Source: Selaginella moellendorffii
Lineage: Eukaryota; Plantae; Lycopodiophyta
NCBI RefSeq assembly: GCF_000143415.4
Contig: NW_003314285.1
Coordinates: 1,391,370-1,455,369 of the forward strand
Length of the DNA: 64,000 bases
Reading direction: 5' to 3'
Translations under genes and position numbers: made by a program
The notes under the pieces: generated by a model
The model's database searches: none
Told to the model about the DNA's origin: nothing
What the model saw: the letters and a program-made list of their open reading frames with translations, nothing else
In this document: piece after piece, positions 59,415-64,000 of the stretch
Position numbering within the stretch: the first letter of the stretch is position 1
Layout of the letters: the number at the start of each line of letters is the position of its first letter

Positions 59415-60673
59415 ATGAGTAAATGTTAAAATTAGAATTTAGAAGGGTTAAAAGTTTAAACATTCAACTATATAAAAAGTCAAGTATCAATCATATCACA
59501 TTTAATATATTTCTCAAAATATTATTTTTCTTTGCTTTAGATTAAATTTAGTTTGATTATCCACATCAAATCAGGATTAGCTCAAAATCCTTAGTTTAGA
59601 GTGAGTGGTCCAAATTGAAATTAATTTAATGGCTATCAAAATCCCAATATACTAATAATAATATATAGCATTATAGCTTTACATTTGGAGCTCATAACAT
59701 AGAAGCATATAAGTTTTTATTTTTTAAAGTATTTAATATTTATAATGAAAATTATTATTTATATAAAAGTAACCTCATCAAATAAACCTTTTTGTAAACT
59801 ATAGAGTATATTTTTATGATTTTATTTATATTTATTTATATTGAGTTACCAAAACTACTTTGAATTGTATATAACACTGCTCAAATCAACTAAAAACTGG
59901 CTCATATAGAGTGTTGATGAGCTAATCTCATGCATCATCAGCAATGGAAAACCCATTTCTGTCATCTAATGTCTTCAATATAAATGTTATTTTTCTTCAG
60001 ACGACTTGAAGGGCAATATCATCCATTGCCAATTTATCAAATATATAATGCCAGCATATGCATCATAATATGTCTTAAACAAGTAATATAGGTTATAATA
60101 TTGCATATGCTTAACATATAAGCATATAGAATGCAAGTCTTCTGCCAACCAAAACCGCAGCAACCTTCTTCATGAATTTGGCTTTCTATAGCTTCCACAA
60201 TAGTTATAACTATTAAATCCCTCACATCATCCTGATGTAATTACGAATGGAATCAAAATGCCCATCAATAACCTCCTGCTTCATTGCTTTGCAAACCTCT
60301 TGCTTCATAGCCTTGTTAAAATGGTCACCCACAATATTCTAAAATCTCCTTCCTTCATAATATTTAATATTATTCTATTTATAGAAACTTCAAACCAGAA
60401 GTTTTACTTGATGTATTAAAATCCCATCTTCTGTCTTCTGGTTCTTCTAATTTTATCCTCACAGTATGATTGTTTTATGCCAGGAAGCTTGTAGTGCTAA
60501 GATTATTAGTATATCAGAGCTGTAAGACATTAATATACAGAAATTGCTGAGATGAAAGAAGGACAAGAAATTAGTCACACGGTTGTTGAAATAGCACACT
60601 TCAACTTTTCGTAAATATAATATAACACGATTTAAATCAGATGAGAATTGCAATTTTTGAACTATAGATTGGT

Positions 60674-61828
60674 TCATACGAATAACTCAAGATACGATTC
60701 CGCTGTGGTATACTCCACCTCTGGATACAGAACAGAAGCTTCCAAATCATCTGGTCCAAAGTCGAAATATAAATCTCCTCTATGAAATATCTCGTACATG
60801 TGTGCTGCTGCTGCTCTGGTCAACCAAGAGTGCTTCTCATCTGCCGTTCATTCACAAGCGTGTTGAGCATGACTAGCGTGCTACTCTTGAACGTTACCTT
60901 GTATGTACTTGGCAAATAGCTCCTTCTCACTCAAGTAGCTCTTCTTCAGTGCTTTGCCTATTTTGCTTTCCCATATGGCTACCTGCTCATTCATTGTCAA
61001 TACGTTCTTGGGCGGCCGGAAGTAGACAGTCCTGTTCATTGTTCGGGGATCATCGATACTCTTCGCAGTGTAAGTTCCTATATCCTTTTCAGCCATCCAA
61101 ACGACTAAAGAAATCCAGTCAGAATTGAGCTCAAGACACAAAACTCTACACTTACTCTTCACGTTTCCATCGCCATGGATTACAACGCTATCCCTTGGAG
61201 GAAAAAACTTGGACAGAGGTTCTAGTTGAGCAAAACTGGCCAGAAAAAATCCCATGAAACAATTTGCTGAAATATAAGTGTAAGGTATTCCAAGAACCTC
61301 CACAGTTCTTCTGATTGCTACTTTGTCGGTGAATAACTTATCTCCGGGTGGTATGTGTGGGTTCCTGCCCACGTCCGTTCCAAACTCGGAAGGATAAAAC
61401 TTCTGCAATAACAAAGGAAACAAGGAACTGGGGAGGCCGATATGTGATTCATCTACCTTGATGTTTCCAGCCTCTTTAATCGCATTGATAAGTTTGTATT
61501 GTTCATCCAGATGGAAATGAGAGACTGTGCAGATGACAACATCCACTTGTTTAAGTAGTTTCACAAGCTCATCGTGGTCATCTAAAGACACCTGCAAACA
61601 CAAACATTCATGAGGCAAAACATGTTTCGGATCTGTTGCAAGACTTACCCAAAATATCTTTGCTCCGGCTCTTCGAAAACTCAGGACAAGCTGCACCTTC
61701 TCGACATCCCTTGCAGCTTCCGGCCTAACTTGCACAAACGTTGGATGCCCCTGTTCTAAGCAGGCATTCACAATATGCCTGCCAATATAGCCAGTCGCGG
61801 AAACCACTAGAACCCTGTTTTCCCCCAT
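60674..61828 (-). CDS. NmrA-like PIP-family reductase (IFR/PCBER/PLR-like), six exons
   Basis: RVLVVSATGYIG, VDVVI, FYPSEFG, catalytic Lys in DKVAIRR, PYTYISANCF, GDGNVK and last exon EASVLYPEVEYTT...LFV*. Confidence 0.93.
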
Positions 61829-62058
61829 AGAACACCGTAGAGGAAAGAAACTAGAAGAACGCTATCTATTAGGTGCAAGACAACTGGATCTTTACAAGTG
61901 GGCTACGGTCTACAAATTAGTTCACATGTCTGCAGTAAAGAATTGACACAGGTTGACCAAGTGAAAGATACTTTTAAACAAACTAATGACGTAAGCATGA
62001 CGGCCACCAACAAGTTTTTTACACGCAGCAAATGCTGGTCAGTAGTCCTAATTTCATA

Positions 62059-62995
62059 ATGGTGCGTTTCGTCCTTGTCCATGGCGGTGGGGGAGGCGCT
62101 TGGTACTGGTTCAAGCTGGTCGATATGCTGCTCAGCTCCGGGCACGAAGTAGAGGCGCTCAACCTCGCGGCTTCGGGAATCGACACCAGGACTCCTGCGG
62201 ATGTTTTCTCCTTAGACGACTACAATCAGCCGCTGCTGGAGTACCTGGCCGCGCTGCCGGAGAATGACAAGGTTTAGTCTTGTGTGTGTGTGTATGTGTG
62301 TGTTTGCATTGCTGCTCCAAAGATGATCTTGTTGCTCTGGAATATCAGGTGATTCTTGTGAGTCATAGCCTCGGAGGCAGGAGCGCGGCTTATGCGACTG
62401 AGCTTCATCCAGACAAGATCGCACTGGCTGTGTATCTGGCAGCTCCATTGTGCTCCAACCATCTAGGCCCTGAGGTTAAATTACTGGTCCAAGGCTGTAA
62501 TCTTACTGATAAGCTTTGCATTTTACAGTTTTGGTATGAACAGATCAAAGACACTTCTGTGTATGATCTCTTTTACGAGCGTGGGAAGAACAATCTGCCT
62601 ACAGCCGTCATGGAAAAAAAGAGCCTAGCTCCCGATAACACCCATCAACTGTGTTCGTCCGAGGTACATGTTTTTGACACTAGCCCGAGCTAGCGTTCTT
62701 CTGGTTCCAGGATCGGACGCTGAGCAGGATGCTTGACAGGGCAATTCCCACCGCGGCCCTGTTTGGAAGCTTCACAAACACGGAGGAGAAGTATGGGAGT
62801 GTCCCGGTGGTGTACATCAAAACGTTGCAGGATTTGGCGTGCCCTCCAGAAATGCAGGACAAGTGGATCGCGACTCATCCATTTGGAAACCTGAAAGAGG
62901 TTCTGACCATCGATTCGGATCATTGTGCAGCTTTGTCGGCTCCTTCCCGGCTGCACGACCTCCTCATTCAAGTCGTAGAAGCCCATGCCTCGTAA
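62059..62995 (+). CDS. Methylesterase (MES/SABP2/HNL alpha/beta hydrolase)
   Basis: FVLVHGGGGGAWYW, nucleophile SHSLGG, Asp in TLQDLA and His in SDHC. Three introns. Confidence 0.93.
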
Positions 62996-63475
62996 GGTTT
63001 TGGAGCTCTAAACATGTTATAAGAATTTAATGTATATGCCACTAGGCATTTTCATATAGGTTTCTTCTTCTTTTTTCAAATTGCCTTTAATTAAAATATT
63101 TTGAGCTACAGGATATGACTGATAAGTCTTCTTACAGGAAACAGGCTTGAAAAGGCAAACCTTGATCCCAAGGACTGGACAATGGAGAGGTAGGTATATC
63201 CTTGTAATCAAGGCCTAAGATAAACAGCGCGCTAGAGGTGGATTTAGAGTTTGATTCCAAACAGTGGCATAGAGTTTCTTGGTCGCAACCAAAGAAACAA
63301 AAATGGAATAAAATAAAATCACGCATCCATGTACCAGCCACTTTGTCGTTTTACATATCAAAGAATTCTAGTTAAGGAGATACTTTTATAACAGGCGTCT
63401 TTCCCTTTAAATTGGGGTACTTCTTTATAAAAGGACTTCTTCCATTTCTTGTAAAACCTATCGACTGCAAAGAGA

Positions 63476-64000
63476 ATGGAGAAGATCCAGACAATCGCGG
63501 GATGGGTGCAAGAGCTCGTCGCCGCTGGCCCGCGAAGTCCTGAGCAGCTGCTGGGCAAGAGGTGTAGCAGCTGCTCCAAGCGGGTGATGTCCTTCTGCAT
63601 CACCTGCGAGGCCGTGGTCTGCAAGCGCTGCCACGGCGGGCGCCGCAGCAAGCACCATGTCCTGCGGATCGTCTTGACGTCGCGGGAGATGTCCGTCAAG
63701 GTCAAAGACATCGATCGCCTGGTGGACGTGAGCGACGTGCACATGTACTTCTTCAACGAGGCCTTCTCCGTCTTCCTCGACAGGCCGGCTCACAGGATGA
63801 AGCCCCGGGGGAGGCCCAAGCACTGCATCTTGTGTGGCCGCGAGCTCAAGATGGGCAGCGTGATTCACCGCACTGCCCCGCAGCTCATCGACTTCGAAAG
63901 CGGCAAGTACAAGTTCTGCGGCATCGGCTGCAAGATGCGATTCATCGAGCAGCACCCGCAGGATGGCTACACACTCTCTGTGAATGCCCATGAAAATGGC
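63476..64000 (+). CDS. PLATZ zinc-binding transcription factor, intronless, runs off window
   Basis: Not in the ORF track. Manual translation gives FCITCEAVVCKRCH...HHVLRI..VKDIDRLVDVSDVHMYFFN..VFLDRP..CILCGREL..KFCGIGCK. TATAAAA at 63426. Confidence 0.85.
   Translation, partial: MEKIQTIAGWVQELVAAGPRSPEQLLGKRCSSCSKRVMSFCITCEAVVCKRCHGGRRSKHHVLRIVLTSREMSVKVKDIDRLVDVSDVHMYFFNEAFSVFLDRPAHRMKPRGRPKHCILCGRELKMGSVIHRTAPQLIDFESGKYKFCGIGCKMRFIEQHPQDGYTLSVNAHENG

Noticed and set aside
63358-63991. Minus-strand ORFs in the track
   Set aside because: Antisense shadows of the plus-strand PLATZ CDS.

Overview
Gene-dense land-plant nuclear DNA. Introns of about 45-90 bp, tiny intergenic spacers, telo-boxes and SS/PLS-rich PPR genes point to the lycophyte Selaginella (inferred from style, not verified). 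About 25 intact genes plus many pseudogenes. Left arm: proline-rich unknown (5' partial), frameshifted PLA1/DAD1-like lipase, PDCD2, RIN4, PLS-PPR, SnoaL/UVR protein, EMB2737-like, REIL, hnRNP-like RBP and a CCCH-RRM protein. Centre (about 21-44.8 kb): a three-copy tandem array of [PPR, DOXC 2OG-Fe(II) dioxygenase, secreted jacalin lectin, PR-1, DUF740/OCTOPUS-like]. Lectin and PR-1 are intact in all three copies and the dioxygenase in two, while PPR and DUF740 have decayed back to one copy each. The copies are joined by chimeric linkers made of unrelated gene fragments. Right arm: UPF0426, RID3/WDR18 (no in-frame AUG, candidate CUG start), a helicase-less and PAZ-eroded Dicer-like protein whose RNase IIIb catalytic Glu is Gln, ALG9, PLAC8/PCR, F-box/kelch, a TPR-SET pseudogene, a gypsy remnant, a head-to-head NmrA/PIP reductase and MES methylesterase pair, and an intronless divergent PLATZ gene (3' partial). 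Exon boundaries were read by eye from GT-AG sites and family motifs.
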